DNA of 64,000 nucleotides from Leucoraja ocellata (taxonomy: Eukaryota): contig JAWMAR010000546.1 of assembly GCA_036785375.1 (NCBI GenBank), forward strand, positions 1,116,001 to 1,180,000, given 5' to 3'. The stretch's first letter is position 1, and each line of letters begins with the position of its first letter. A program made the position numbers and the translations under genes. Of the stretch, positions 62,308-64,000 are shown piece by piece. The notes beneath the pieces are model-generated. The model was not told the origin of the DNA and did not search any database. It worked only from the letters and a program-made list of their open reading frames with translations.

Positions 62308-63276
62308 CTATAGATGCTCCTGAACACATCATCAGTGATGTAACCTGGGGTCATTGGGTGTTTCGGGTCTTTCAACATCAGACACCCTCACCCAGGCAAC
62401 CCAGCCGTGGTTGATCAGACCACGACTTGTGTTCAGGTGGCATTCGCTCCTCCCCATGGACCTTCTCTCCTGATCCAGCCATCTCGAGGCCTTCTCCGCT
62501 GCCTCTGTGGTGTTCTTGATGGCCCTTCTCCTCGCCACTCCGTTGATGCCCATTGCACTCAAGGCTCTGTAGAGCGATTGCCCTGCAAAACCTCTGCAGC
62601 CAACCTCGATGGGCATACACCTTGCCTTCCAGCCCTGCTTGCGGCAGTCTATGACCAGCTCTTCATACTTGGCCATCTTCCTCTCGTGGGCCTCCTCCAG
62701 ATGGTCCTCCCACGGCACTGTCAGTTCCAACAAGACAATGTTTTTGGTCGTCACTGAGACCAGGAGGATATCTGGCCTCAGGCAATGTGCCGTGGGAACC
62801 TCAGCTGTTTCACCAGGTCTATGGAAAGCTGCCAGTCCTGCGCAGTCGCCAGGATTCCTGATTGATTCCTGGCTGCTGTGGTTCTTGACAGCTGCACTCC
62901 GGCTTTCACGAAGGTGATCATCTGGGTGGTGGGCCGTTCTCGTCTACAGCTGCTGATTCCCATGCTGATGGCTTCTGAAAATGGTTTAAGAACCTGGTCA
63001 TGATGCCATGTGTACCGGCCCAGCCCAAGAGCCTTTGGGCAACAGCTCAGGATGTGTTCCAACGTCCCCTTGCCTGAGCATTGCGGGCAATCTGGAGATT
63101 CCGCTTTGCCCCAGATGAAGAGGTTCGATGGGCTGGGCAGGACATCATACACTGCCTGGACCAGGAACTTGATGCGCTGTGGTTCAGCCTGCCAGAGCTC
63201 AGTCCATGTGACTTTTCGGTCCATGGCCTGCTCCCACCTTGTCCAGGCTCCCTGCTGCCTCAATCCAACTGACATC
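62308..63276 (-). mobile_element. RLE-type non-LTR retrotransposon 3' fragment (HERO/NeSL-like), frameshifted
   Basis: CCHC knuckle CPQC..HILSCC, YTWHHD (RHD motif), RPD..LELTVPWE..KMAKY restriction-like endonuclease, IEVGCRG. Confidence 0.85.
62322..62400 (-). ncRNA. Candidate rearranged (non-circularly permuted) hammerhead ribozyme
   Basis: GGGUGUC / UGAUGU..GACCC-GAAA-CACCC..ACAUCA-CUGAUGA-UGUGU. All core nucleotides present and stems I and III are perfect. Confidence 0.6.
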
Positions 63277-64000
63277 ATTCAGGACCCTGCTGTTATATCC
63301 AATGCTTTCAACCAGCACTTCTCCACTGCATGTAGCTCTACTGTATTTGACTCATCTATTATATGTGACTTTCCAGCTACATCTACATGTAGAAGCTCTT
63401 TTTCTTTTCAAAAAATAAAACCTGTTGACGTTCAACATGCTATTAATGAATTAAAGGATGATTGTGGAGCTGGTCCAGCTGGCATTGAGCCTAAATTAAT
63501 TAAGATAGGAGCTAATATTCTAATGTACCCACTATGCGAACTGCTTAATTTGTCTTTCTCAACTTGTACCCTCCCTTCCGCATGGAAGTGTGCTAATGTT
63601 ACTCCACTGCATAAGGGAGGCGAACCACACAATATTAACAATTACCGCCCCATCTCAATTATCAACTCGGTGGCTAAAATCCTTGAGAAACTAGTGTTCA
63701 ACCAGCTTTCACATTATGTCTCAACTTTCAACATTCTATCTCCATGCCAGTCTGGGTTCAGACCTAATCACTCCACAATTACAGCTCTGTTAAAACTCAC
63801 CAGCGATGTGTTCACTGCTTCTGAGGATGGTAACTCACCGGTGCCATCTTTCTTGATTTAACCAAGGCCTTTGATGTTGTTGACCACTATCTACTGCTTG
63901 ATAAACTTTACTCTATTGGTCTTTCTCAAAGCAATCTACTGTGGTTTAACTCGTACCTTCATAACAGACGCCAATGTGTCACCTTTAATGGAAGTCAATC
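63277..64000 (+). mobile_element. L2/CR1-group LINE RT fragment, running off the window end
   Basis: NNYRPISII..QSGFRPNHST, then (frameshifted) FLDLTKAFDVVDH. Confidence 0.85.

Overview
Eukaryotic, repeat-rich DNA from a cartilaginous fish, most likely a skate or ray (inferred from the Cmu sequence, cluster-type IgH organisation and repeat families). The core is one complete IgM heavy-chain cluster on the minus strand (about 27.7-40.5 kb): leader, VH, one free D, JH, CH1-CH4, secretory tail, TM1 and TM2. Three things about it are unusual. (1) VH appears pre-joined in the germline to a D1 remnant, and the join creates two overlapping RSSs (a 12-spacer and a 22-spacer), so both V-D-J and direct V-J joining obey the 12/23 rule. 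(2) The conserved FR2 Trp reads Leu. (3) Four 1-bp indels, all in homopolymer runs, break CH1, CH3 and the secretory tail (pseudogene or assembly error). The rest is about 15 kb of C-rich telomere-like 10-11-bp satellite, an L1 ORF2, a non-autonomous Helitron with captured fragments, CR1, L2, Rex1/Babar-type, Penelope and RLE (HERO-like) retroelements, SINEs and foldback MITEs. The RLE element's 3' UTR holds a candidate non-circularly permuted hammerhead ribozyme. There are three N gaps, and no CRISPR, rRNA or genuine tRNA genes.
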